Shown here in pieces: positions 38,301 to 50,300 of a DNA stretch of 64,000 bases. The notes under the pieces are model-generated. The model made no database searches, was not told the origin of the DNA, and saw only the letters and a list, made by a program, of their open reading frames with translations. Both the position numbers and the translations under genes were made by a program. Every line of letters begins with the position of its first letter. Within the stretch, counting starts at the first letter, position 1. The DNA comes from Sminthopsis crassicaudata. Its lineage: Eukaryota. The stretch covers positions 335,435,765 to 335,499,764 of the forward strand of contig NC_133620.1 in the NCBI RefSeq assembly GCF_048593235.1, read 5' to 3'.

Positions 38301-41300
38301 GATGTGCATCAGACCCACTCGAGCTGTGACGCGTGGGGAAGGAATCGTGTTGGCCATGTCGAACAGACAAGGGGAAGGTCAGAAAGGGGATGGAGCAATG
38401 GGGGGAGGTCCGGGGACATAGAAGATAGGTGGATCATGAGTGGAAGGAGAGAGACTGAATTCCCTGCTCCCCAGGGGCCCACTCTCCCATGAACTCACAC
38501 TGATCAGCTCTAGCATCATTGAGGAAGAAGAGGATGGGGACGAGGATATCTAACACATCGCTGCTCTTCAACACGAAGAAGAGGAATTTCTTAAAGTGGG
38601 GAGGCAGGTGAAAGCAGAGGAAGAAAGGCCTGGGTCAGAATGGGGAGGAGGCCTGGTGCTCCAAACCTAAGTCCCCTTATTTCTGAGAGGCCCCAAGATA
38701 CCTCAACCCCCCCATACCTATACATGAGACCTCAACTACTACCACTAAGTGAGCACAGGGTCTCCCTCTCTTACATTTCCAGTCGGGCTCAGAAAACTTA
38801 CCATCTTCATCTCTGAGATGACTTTATGAATCAGAAGACCTCATTCCACCATCTTTGAGCAGATAGTAGTAATTCTCACCTCTCTCCCATCTCTGAGTGG
38901 ATCCAGAAGATCTTTATCATCCCCCATTTTGAGCCAACCCAAGACAACTCACAACCATCAATCCCGAGCTTCAAGTGGACCCAGAAGATCTCCTATGCTA
39001 TTTCTGAGCAATCTCTTTTGGGGGGATCCCAGTTCCTTCCCAGAGAGTCCAGCTAAGGCTGCTCACCTTATTGAAGTCACAGAGCTTCCAAAACAGAACT
39101 AGTAATTCCTGATGGAACTGGATTTTCTTGGCTGAGTTGGGCAGATATGTCTGAAGCAGCGGGTTGGAGAGTAACCGGGCCACACCCTTAAGGATGAACT
39201 GGAAGTCCTGTAGTGATACAGGGTTGGGAGCCAGCCTAGGACTAGAGGACCATGGTGATTCCCACCATCCCCTGCTCACACACCCATTACCTCTTGTATC
39301 AAATCTAAACTCAGTCTCAACTCTTAGTTTTTCCCCCACACCTGTCTTTATCATAACCCTTTTAATCTTTCGTGTCCATGGACTCTTTAAGAGTAAGACC
39401 CCCTCCCCACAATAAGCCAGGTACATTTTCAGGGGGGCCAGGACTCCAGCTACTGCTATTACATCTTAGTCCCCACAAAATACAAGCTGTCCCACAATGC
39501 CCTATTGTTATTACTTCTAAAGAGAAGCAAACCATCCTATTGCTGCCCCACTAAGGACTATGCCCTTTTCCACTTCTTTCTCCTAATACAGGAGATCTCC
39601 TCTCCTCAATCCAAACTCCATTAAAGTTTCACTCCAATTTTTTCTCTTTCAGAGACATCGTTCCATCCTGATTCCTCCCTAGTTTAGGTCAATTCAACCT
39701 TTTCACCATCTTCCACCCTCCACCTGTTAAAGCATAGAATACTTTCTCAGTCTCTCTCTCTCTCTCTCTCCTTCTCTGTCTCTTTTGTGTGTGTGTGTCT
39801 CTCTGAATCTCTCTCTGTCTCTGTCTCCCTGTCTTCCTCCTTCCTTCTCTCCCTCCCTCCCTCCCTCCCTCCCTCACACATATTCTGTACCACTCATAGC
39901 ATTACACCTCTTTTAAAATGTGTGAATATATACAAGTATGTGTGCAGGTCTATGTCTACTTCCATTCGGACTTCTCTACCAGGCTGTGGGGTCTTTGGGA
40001 GCAGGGGCTATGGCTCGTCTTCTCTCTGCATCTCCTTCAGGGCTTCCACATGGGGAAAGGGCTTCCGCCCCTGCCCGCTTGAGTGGGACCAGTAATGGAC
40101 TCACCTCCTCACGGTGAATTCGGGACAAGTAGTTCACAAATAGGTTCTCCGGGCCTGGAGGCTGTGAGGAGGGACAGGCACTCTCATTAGTGAGAACTAA
40201 TAAGGTCTGGACCCTACCCCTACCCAGCAAGCCTCCCTCCCCTACCCCAGGAACCTTCTCCTAGAAGACTCGTTGGCAGGATCTTGACCTGGATATGATC
40301 TGTCAAGTAACTACATCATAAAACTACACTGAGTGTCCCCCAGCGGCAGTATCAGTGCCCCTCTGCCCGTCTCAGGCATAGGAGGAACGTGCACCGAGCC
40401 TGGGTGCCCCATTAGTATGCTGCGTCCTGGGCTTCTGATATGGCAAAGGTCCCAGCTGCCCATGCCCCTGGGTCTGGGGGGAAGCCCCCTGGCCGTTGGC
40501 GAGTGATGCAACGGGAAGTGGCAGAGAACCGTTCGGAGACGGCCCCCCTAACTCCGAAGAAGAGGAGGGGCTCTTACATCCGCGTCATCCATCGCGGTGC
40601 CCGTGGTGGTCCCGTCCACAGTGGGGCTGCTGCTGGTGGCGCTGTCATAGTCCAAGGTCACGATGAGCACCTGGGCGGCTTCCTCCACCAGTGGCTCCCG
40701 GTAGTCCGAAAACAGCAGGTGGTTGTAAGGAATCCCGTAGCCCACCGGGTCATAGGCACAGACGATGTTGAGGAGAGAGGTGAACAGTGGAAGAGCGTGT
40801 CTGTGAAGAAAGGAAGGCCATGGCGGAGGGGCTGCCCCGGGCTCAGGGCAGGCTCGGGAAAAGGGCCAGGGCCAGGAGAGGGCCCTTCCTGCAGGAGCCC
40901 AAGCCTGGAAGTGAGCAGCTGAGGGGAGAAGGGCTCTCCATCAAGAGCGGGGAAGCATGACAAAAACGGCAGGTCCCATTTATGGAAGCCTCATCCTAGG
41001 GTCCCTTTGGGGTCAGTCGTACACCCCCGCCATGGGAGACAGAGCCCCATGGAGCAACCTTTATTCCAACTTCTCATTCAAAGCCTGAAGAGCTTAGATT
41101 ATTTGCTTAATGTCACACGGACAACTAGTGACCGATTTAGGGTTCTACTCTAGGTCTTCAGGAGTCAGAGCATCCAATAATCTTCTAACTGCATGCTACT
41201 GGAACATTAAGAGCAACATTAGGAGAACTGACATCAGGGAGGGGCAGGTGTGAGGGGAACAAAAAATGTTGTCGTCCAGTCACTTCAGTCACGCTGGAGT

Positions 41301-44300
41301 ATTCACCATTTTCTTCTTCAGATCGTTTTTGAGATGAGGAAATTGAGGCGAACAACATTCGGAGTCACACAGCGAGGAAGTGTCTGAGGCTGGATCTGAA
41401 TTCAAGTCTTTCCACCACCTTGCTACCCATAATGTTATCTATTAATTAAAGTATTTCTTAATGCGCCAGGCATTGGAATGATTATTGTTACTATCACCAT
41501 ATGGCACTTTTTACAGTTTCCAAAGCACCATAGTGTTGGTACTTTGGAAATACATAAATATATTTTTGAATGCATATTAACATATATTTATACATAAGAA
41601 ATATATGCATGTATTTATATGTATATATTATATTTATTATTATATTATATATTTCACATTTGATCCTATGAAGTAGGTAGGCAGTTAGTTTAAATATTAA
41701 GAAATTAAAGTCTGGTGATGCTAGTTGTTCTAGCATAATAATAATAATAGATAATAGATAATAAATGGAAAAATGAGGATTAGAATTTATGTGCTCTCTC
41801 AGTCTTCCACATTACAATGCCTCTCAGAGAAAAGATGTAGAGTAGGAGTTGGAGAGTGGCTATTTAGGAAAAATAACATAAGTAAAATTTCTTTCAAAAT
41901 TCCCAAGTAGATTACAGGGTGAGCAGCAAGGTGCTGCAGTAAATAGAATACTGGGCGTGGAATCAGGAAAACCCATCTTTCTGAATTAAAATCTGACCTC
42001 AGATTCAAGACATAAAAGTCACTTAACCCTCTTTGCCTTAGTTCCTCATCTACAAATGAAATGGCAAAGGAAAGGAGAAAGAAATGGCAAATCACTTTAA
42101 TATCTTTGCCAAGACAATCCCAAACAGGATCACGAAGAGTTGGACACAACTGAAACTGAACAATGATAACAACCTCCTACAAGGCATCCCAGAAGTCTTA
42201 CTACAGTTTTTTGGATTTTTGAACATGTTATATATAAAGGGTGTCTATTCAAATAAATCCATCACATTACACTCCCATATAGGTTAGAACAGGAAAGCTT
42301 ATTTCCTTCTTCCTCTTTATAATCCCGGAGAGTTCAGAATAGGACAATGAGTATTCTGTTCTGTACTATAAAGTAGTGGTCTCCAAAGTGGGATGAATAC
42401 GCCTTCAAGGGACATGGAAAGAAAATATTAGAACTTTATTTTAGATTTAATTTTTACTAATATTTAATATACTGATTGAAACTGATAGAGTCACTCATGC
42501 AGTCTGTATGTCAGTTGTGTCACCCAGGAAAGTGTCTTGAGAAACATGAGAGAGAGATAATAGTGAAGTAGATGATGGCACCCTTATTCTGAATTGTAAA
42601 AATATTGTAGCTTATGTGCATGTGATTATTCTGTTACCTAGTTTGAACTCAACTATCCCTTACAAAATGGACAGGTATCCAGAAAAATCCCTATGTAAAA
42701 TCATAGATTGAAAATAACACTAATAATGTGAGCAGGCAAAAAAGAAAATGGCACAGCTAACACGTTTCCTCTTCCTCCTACGATCTCTTTATCAGTCACA
42801 TTACAAAAAAACAAAGATGATTTATTCAAGATTTTAAAAAAATCAACTCTTCCCAATAAAAATTATCAAGAAAATTATTTGATATAAGAAATAATGAAGG
42901 AATCAGTTTCAGAGAATCATGGAAATAATTAAATGAACTAATACAGAGTGAGATGAGCAGAACCAAGAGAAAAAATGCATACAATTTTATCAATATGGTA
43001 AAAACTTTATCAACACAATAATCAGTCATGACTCCAGAGAACTAATAATGAAACATGCTGTTTGTATAAATTTGGATGTATTTGAGCAATATAAAAATTT
43101 GTTCTGTATGAATATGCATATTTATTAGAAATATTCAGTTTTTCTATTTCCATTTCAGTGATAGTATGGAGAGTAAAAATATTTTTTGTTAATTTTTAAA
43201 AATGTTTTTAAAATAAAAAGTATTTAAAATACAGATTTATAGCCATTAATATTTAATGATTAATCACTAGTGATTAATCTTGACTTAAATGTATACTGTG
43301 CCTTGGAACATTAGCTATATCTTCCAGCTAAAATCCCAACTTCTCCAGGAAACATTTCCAAATCCCTCTTAATTTTATTGCCTTCCCTTTGTTGTTCCCA
43401 TTTATCCTATGTTATCTTATCCTTGTTATTTCCCATTTATCCTATAAAGCTTCTTTGTACATTTTTGCTGTTTGGTCCTTTTAGTTTTGTACAACTCTTC
43501 CAGATGCTCTTTGAGGTTTTCTTAGCAAAGATACTAGAATCATTTGCCATTTCCTTCTACAGTTCATTTTACAGATGAGGAAACTGAGGCAAACAAGATT
43601 AAGTGACTTGCTCAAGATTATACAGCTAGTGAGTGTCTGATTTTGAACTCATGAAGATGAGTTTTCTTGATTCCAGGCCAGGCACTCTATCCTGTACTAC
43701 CTAGCTGCCTATTTGTATATGGTTGTCTCCCCAATTAGAGTATGAGCTCCATAAGACCATGGACTGCTTTTGTTTTTCTTTGACTTCCCCAAATTTATCC
43801 ATTACATAGTACATATTTAATGAACATTTACTGACTGACTAATAAAAGCCTGAAACCACCAGGAGAAGCAGGACATTTAAATACTAAGCTTGTGTTGCTA
43901 AAAATGTGTCACTAATAAAAAACTCTCTGCACACTTTAAAAACATGAACAGAAATTTTCCTAACATTTCAAAATCTTTCAAACTATGAGATTTGTAAGTT
44001 TTTAATCTATTTGTCAAAAATAGGGAGAATATAACATAATTTTTAGTTTGTAAGAAAGCTGAATTTTAACAATAATATAATATCAATGAATTGTACTAGA
44101 AAATGATTTTTGGGATTTAGTAATAAGCCCAATCAACTAAATATTCCTTACATTTGGATCAATGCATCTGTATCTTTCAGCTACAACATCTATAAAACCA
44201 AGTGTAAAAATATTACAAATTTAGAATGAGATCTTCCAATCACTCTTTAACAGTATTAAGCCAAGATTTAAAAAAAAATAATAAAATATATTTAATCATA

Positions 44301-47300
44301 TTGCTCTGACTATATCAATTATTAATAATATTTTAGTTAGGGAAAATGTATTTATATATTTAATAATGATCATGTATTAATAATTTTTAAAATATCTCAT
44401 ATTTTCTCATTCTTTTAAAAATTTCATTTTTGGACATATTTAAAACATATCAGTAGAGTACTACATGTATGTAATTTATCAGTCAACAAATAAACATAAT
44501 ATTGGGGTGCGTGTTCATCATTTTCTTTACCGATATACTGCATGATCAAAAAAAAACTTCAGAGACCACCTGTAAAAGAAGTCTTTGGATGATAGTGATG
44601 TGCAATTTTTCGCCACTTGGGGGAGCAGGTCCCTAGAATCAGCTAATGGAAAGACCCTCATTATCCCAAAAAGTAGATCCCCAAAACATGTAGTGGCCAT
44701 AGAAGCACAGGACAAAAATAGGAGAGGGCAGCTCTGCATCAGCAAGGCTCCANNNNNNNNNNNNNNNNNNNNNNNNNNNNNNNNNNNNNNNNNNNNNNNN
44801 NNNNNNNNNNNNNNNNNNNNNNNNNNNNNNNNNNNNNNNNNNNNNNNNNNNNNNNNNNNNNNNNNNNNNNNNNNNNNNNNNNNNNNNNNNNNTTCTCTGT
44901 AGAGCAGAAGAATTGGACCCAGGGGTTGGCACTATTGCAGTCAGGGGATGGGGGCAGGTACATGGCCTCAGAAAAGCAAGTCAGAAGCAACTTCAGCAGT
45001 TCGGTCCTAAGAAAGTAGAGGGGGCAATCAGGACCCACAGGGCTCCCTGCCTGGCACAGACCCTGCTTCCCAGAATCGCCGAGTTAGAAAATGCCTCAAA
45101 GGTCTACTTGTATGTGACCAAGAATCCCTACAGCAAGCCTTCAACTATGGGGAAATCTATAAGGCAACCCATTCTGCTTTTTAAAAATTTTCTTCCAACT
45201 GAAATCTGTCTCCCTCTAGATGCTATCCATCACTCCTGGCTAGTTCTGTCCTCTGGAACCAGAGCAAAAAACAAATCTAAAACTTCTTTAATATGACAAT
45301 ATGCCAAATACTTTAAAAAAAAGAGCCTCCCTTTTGTCTCCCCCTTCTAGGGAGTAGGTCATAATATAATATAATATAATTTATAATCACTGACAGGCTG
45401 GTTAGGAGGAGAGAAGAGGAGAAAGAATTCATCATGCCAGACATCCAGCAAGAACATGCATATGCTCCAGCGTCTGGACTCCTCCTGGGCTCACCGGTTC
45501 AGGTCATGGGTATAGTTGGGCTGTGGAGAGTGGGCAAAACCCACGCCGGCCTCCCAGATGTACTCACAGCTGTCCAGGGAGTGAATGTCTTCTGCTGAGT
45601 CCTGGGAAAGAAAAGAGGGATCGGGCTGGGGGGGAAGAGTTTTGTGGCCTCCCTTAAAACCATCATTATAGATGATTTTCCACTTCTTCCAAAACTCTAG
45701 ACATTTTATTATCCGCCCTGCCCCTTCCCTTACCTCACCTCCCCAGCCAAGCCTACGGCCATACAAGGGAAAAGACAGTTTTTGTGTAGAAAGTTATTTT
45801 TCCCCTTCACTCTGATATCCATTCAAAGAGTGGGAAGTTGGTGGTGTGGGCAGTGAGGGAGAAGGGAGCCAGCCTGAGGAGGGGAGTCACCGAATACCTT
45901 TAAGGTCTCAGGGGAAGCACAACTCCCTGCCTAGCACTAATTCTACCCCCACTAGCAACCAACCTGTAAGAGACAATGAACATCTGTGTTCGAACCACTC
46001 TCTGGTTTCTGTGCCCCAGGGCAGCTCTGGTACAGAAGCCACGCCTGACTCTAGCCNNNNNNNNNNNNNNNNNNNNNNNNNNNNNNNNNNNNNNNNNNNN
46101 NNNNNNNNNNNNNNNNNNNNNNNNNNNNNNNNNNNNNNNNNNNNNNNNNNNNNNNNNNNNNNNNNNNNNNNNNNNNNNNNNNNNNNNNNNNNNNNNNNNN
46201 NNNNNNNNNNNNNNNNNNNNNNNNNNNNNNNNNNNNNNNNNNNNNNNNNNNNNNNNNNNNNNNNNNNNNNNNNNNNNNNNNNNNNNNNNNNNNNNNNNNN
46301 NNNCCCATTGGGAGAGAATTTTTTGCTATCCACAGGAGGATGCTATCCACTGGATGTCTCCAGTCCCCTAACATTCATACCCCATGGACCCCAACTCACC
46401 ACAGCACTCTTTCGGTGGCTCTGGACAGTAAAGTCAGGGCAGAAGAGCAGGTCAGCAATGGCCAGGAGCAGGGACTCTGCCAGGGGTCGGGCATTCTCAT
46501 CCTCCTCGCCCTGCCAACAACAGGAGGAGAGACTTCTAAAACCCAGAAGGCACATACTGCGAGGGCAATGCGCCCAGACGCAAGATGAAGGAAAGAAGCC
46601 ACCAGAAGTTCCTTTGTAGGATTCTCTTTAAATGATTTCCTTATCTTGTAAATAGCTTCCTTCTCATACAATTTGTTTGCATGATATCTTGCCCATTAAA
46701 CTGTAAGCTCCTCAAGATCGAGGACTATTTTTTGCTCCTTTTTGTATTCCCAGTACTTAGCACAGTGCCCGGCATGTTGTAGGTACTAATAAACATTTCT
46801 TGAATTGAAAGGCAAAGGGGGTGGGATATCTCAATATAGGGACATCTGCTTTGAGGGACAATAAGTGTCATGAAACAGTGGGGTCCATTGGCTAAGCAGA
46901 AAGCCGATAGAGTGGGGAGACTTCTGGAGTCCGAATCCTGCCTTAGCTGTGTGACTGGCCAACATCTCTGAAGCAGGAATAACCATAGGGCTGATCTTAC
47001 AGGGTCTTTGTGAGGATCAAAAGGAACAACATGTGTAAGGTGCTCTGACTATGTTAAAGTGCTATTTAAATGCTAGTTATTGCGGGGGGGGTTCCCCAGG
47101 AAAGGAGCTAGGTATAAGAGTCATTCAGAGAGACTCAAAGGTCCTCATACGTTCCTCTCTCCGATGTCCATTAGCAGCTTTCCCTCCTTCCACTTTCCAA
47201 GTTTCTTCTCTTCCCTCCAGGCCATTTGCCTGGGATTTGACTCAAGAGATTGTGGAAAGGGGAGGTTATCCTAGCGACATATGGCCCAACAGTTCCTTCC

Positions 47301-50300
47301 AAGTGGGGCTTTGGGGTGCCCCTGGTGTTCTCCATCATCCTGCCCTGGCACTGTCCTAACCTCCCCTTCTCTGCCCAGTCTTCCTCTCCAACCAACTCTG
47401 CCAGCACCTCTGTCCTACCCCAAGCACACCTAACACCCTGGTGGGAGAATATAAAGACCCAAGAGGGCAGAGCTGGGGTATATGGAGGCACGGGGGGAGG
47501 GGGAGGGCAGCAAGCGGCCAGGTCCACAACAGGCGGAGGAGACCCGGTCTTGTATCCTCTTTTCTACCCATCAGCCCAAACACTTCCCAGGCAGGGATCC
47601 AAAAAAGTAATATTAGAGTATAGTGAAGGCAAGTAATCACGTTAGTGTAGGAAAACTAAACTCTAGTCTCTTCTGCCACTAAGAAGCTGTATGAGCTTGG
47701 GCAATCACTCCCTCCCCACCCTCCCCCATAGGTCTAACTTTCTCCATCTGTAAAATGGGAAGATTGGACTAGATCAGGAGTTCTTAACTGGGTAGCTACA
47801 GGCTCCCTTATTTCAGGAGATTCATGAAATTTCCTTACATCTTCATTTAAGGTAAATGAGACTTCATAAAATTAATATGAATAATATGAACAAAGAGTTA
47901 AAAACAGCAGTTAGGATTTATATAACACTTTAAGGTTTGCAAAAAGGGTAGCTAGGTGGTGCTGGGTCTGGAGTCAGGAATACTTGAGTTCAAATCCTAT
48001 ATCAGATACTCTGGGCAAGTCACTTAATCCTCTTTGCCTCAGTTTCTTTATTTGAAAAATGGGCTGGAGAAGGTAATGGCAAACCACTCCAGTATCTTTG
48101 CCAAGAAAACTCCAGAAAAGGGATCACTGAAGCTAATCAACAACTACTACAACAAAAGGTTTACAAAGCACTTTACACTTAACTCATTTGATCCTTTTAA
48201 CAATCCTGTGAAATAAGTGTTACACCCCACTCTACAGATGAGGAAGCTGATGAGATGCAGAGAAAGGAAGTGATTAGCCCAGGATCATATAACCTGTGCC
48301 TGAGACGGGACTCAACACGCCCCCAAGCAGAGAGCCATCTTCCTACAAATCCCTTCCCTTTCCCTCTGACATACAAACTCTTATTCTTCTCCTCCCCTCC
48401 TTCCTGGCACATAGACATGGTTTCTCTCTCCTCCCGTCTCCTCTCTCTCTCTCTGACTGTGTATCTGTCTGTCTGTCTGTCTGTCTCTCTGTTTCTCTAT
48501 TTGTCTCTGTCCTTGTCTCCCTCTGTCTCTCTCTGTCTCTCCGTATCTGTCTCTTTCTGTCTCTCTGTTTTTGTCTCTGTCTCTGTCTCTCCCTCCATCT
48601 CTCCCCATCCCCCTCTCTTNNNNNNNNNNNNNNNNNNNNNNNNNNNNNNNNNNNNNNNNNNNNNNNNNNNNNNNNNNNNNNNNNNNNNNNNNNNNNNNNN
48701 NNNNNNNNNNNNNNNNNNNNNNNNNNNNNNNNNNNNNNNNNNNNNNNNNNNNNNNNNNNNNNNNNNNNNNNNNNNNNNNNNNNNNNCGGCACCGTAGACC
48801 AAAAGAAGCCCCTCCAATCAGGATCCTCAAAGATGTAGGGCAGCACCCGGGTGAGGAGCCGGCAACAGTTGAGGACAATCTGCTTCTCTTTTTCTGAGTG
48901 ACAGCCGCTCTCCGACCCTTGCACCAGCTTTTCTACTGCCTGTCATTAAGGAAAGAAGGTGGAAAGACAAGAAGCTCATCTTAAATTAGGTTCACTGGGA
49001 CCACATTGTTTCAATTAAAGGTTGAAGGAGCCATTAGGAATGTAAGCTCCTTGAAGGCAGGGTCAGTCTCACTTCTGTATTTGTATTCTCAGCATCCAGC
49101 ACAATAAAGGTTTAAGAAATAGTGGTGATAATTCTTTTTCTTCTTTTCTTTTTTTTTCTTGCGAGGTAACAGGGGTTAAGAGACTTGCCTAGGGTAACAC
49201 AGCTAGTGTTGAGTGTCAGAAACCCGATTTGAATTCAGTCCCCCTGATTTCGAGGTAACCAGCTAGCTGTCTGCTATTTTCTGCTAGCTGGAATATCCCC
49301 CTTCTCACTATCTTAGTACTGTCAAGAGAGACGAGTATGTCTTCTGGAGTCAGGGCTTAGAGTCCCCCTTTTTTCTTATTTTTGTTTCTTTATTAAAGCT
49401 TTTTAGTTTTTCAAAACATATGCGTGGAGAGTCCCCTTTTCTATAGCTTAGAACTCTCTGGGCCAGTTTGGTATCGGCCTGAAAGGAAGGGAGGCCCTAA
49501 CAGTGCTAGCCCTACCTTACTCTATATTCCACAGTTCTGTCAAGTTCCTGGGAGATACCCTGTTTTTCAGCGCTAAGGTCTGGGAAACAAGCTGTGTCCT
49601 GAGCTTGACATACCAACAATCCTTTGCACTCATCCTCTGGATGACCTCGCTCTCTGGCAAAATCACTGCTATTGTGTTGTTTTGACGAGTGTCAGGTGTT
49701 CTCTGAGCCCAAACAAGTTCTGGTCAGAAGCCCTGCTAGGAACCAAACTTGTCACATTGTTGCTGTTCCAGCTTATCGTCAAGGGTCACAGCTGGCTGCA
49801 CAACCACGGAGAGAAGCCCAAGGCCTCCCTCCCACAAGGGGTGGGGCCCCAGAACACGTGCCTACATCCCCTCCTTGCTTGCAAGTCGCTTTTGCTCACT
49901 GTGAAATTAAACTTTGGTTCCCGATTCTCCGTCTCTGCTCCATGTGTTTCTGGCCATCCAGAGGGCAGAGGCTGATTGGGCCCAGGGAGCAGCTCTGAGC
50001 TACAGAAATCTATACAATCTATAGAAAAGAGGTCTCTAAGCTCTAACTCCAAAAGACATACTCCTCTCTCCTGACAATACTGGGGAAATGAGGAGGAGAT
50101 ACCCCAGCTAGCAGGAAATAAGCATTCAGACAGAGGTGGATGGTAGGAGGCACATGGAAGAGACAGAGAGAAAGGGAGAAGGAGGAGGAGGAGGAGGAGG
50201 AGGAGGAGGACGAGGAGGAGGAGGAGGACGAGGACGAGGACGAGGAGGAGGAGGGAGAGAAAGGGGGGAGGAAGAAAGGGAGAGGGAGGGAAGGAAAGGG

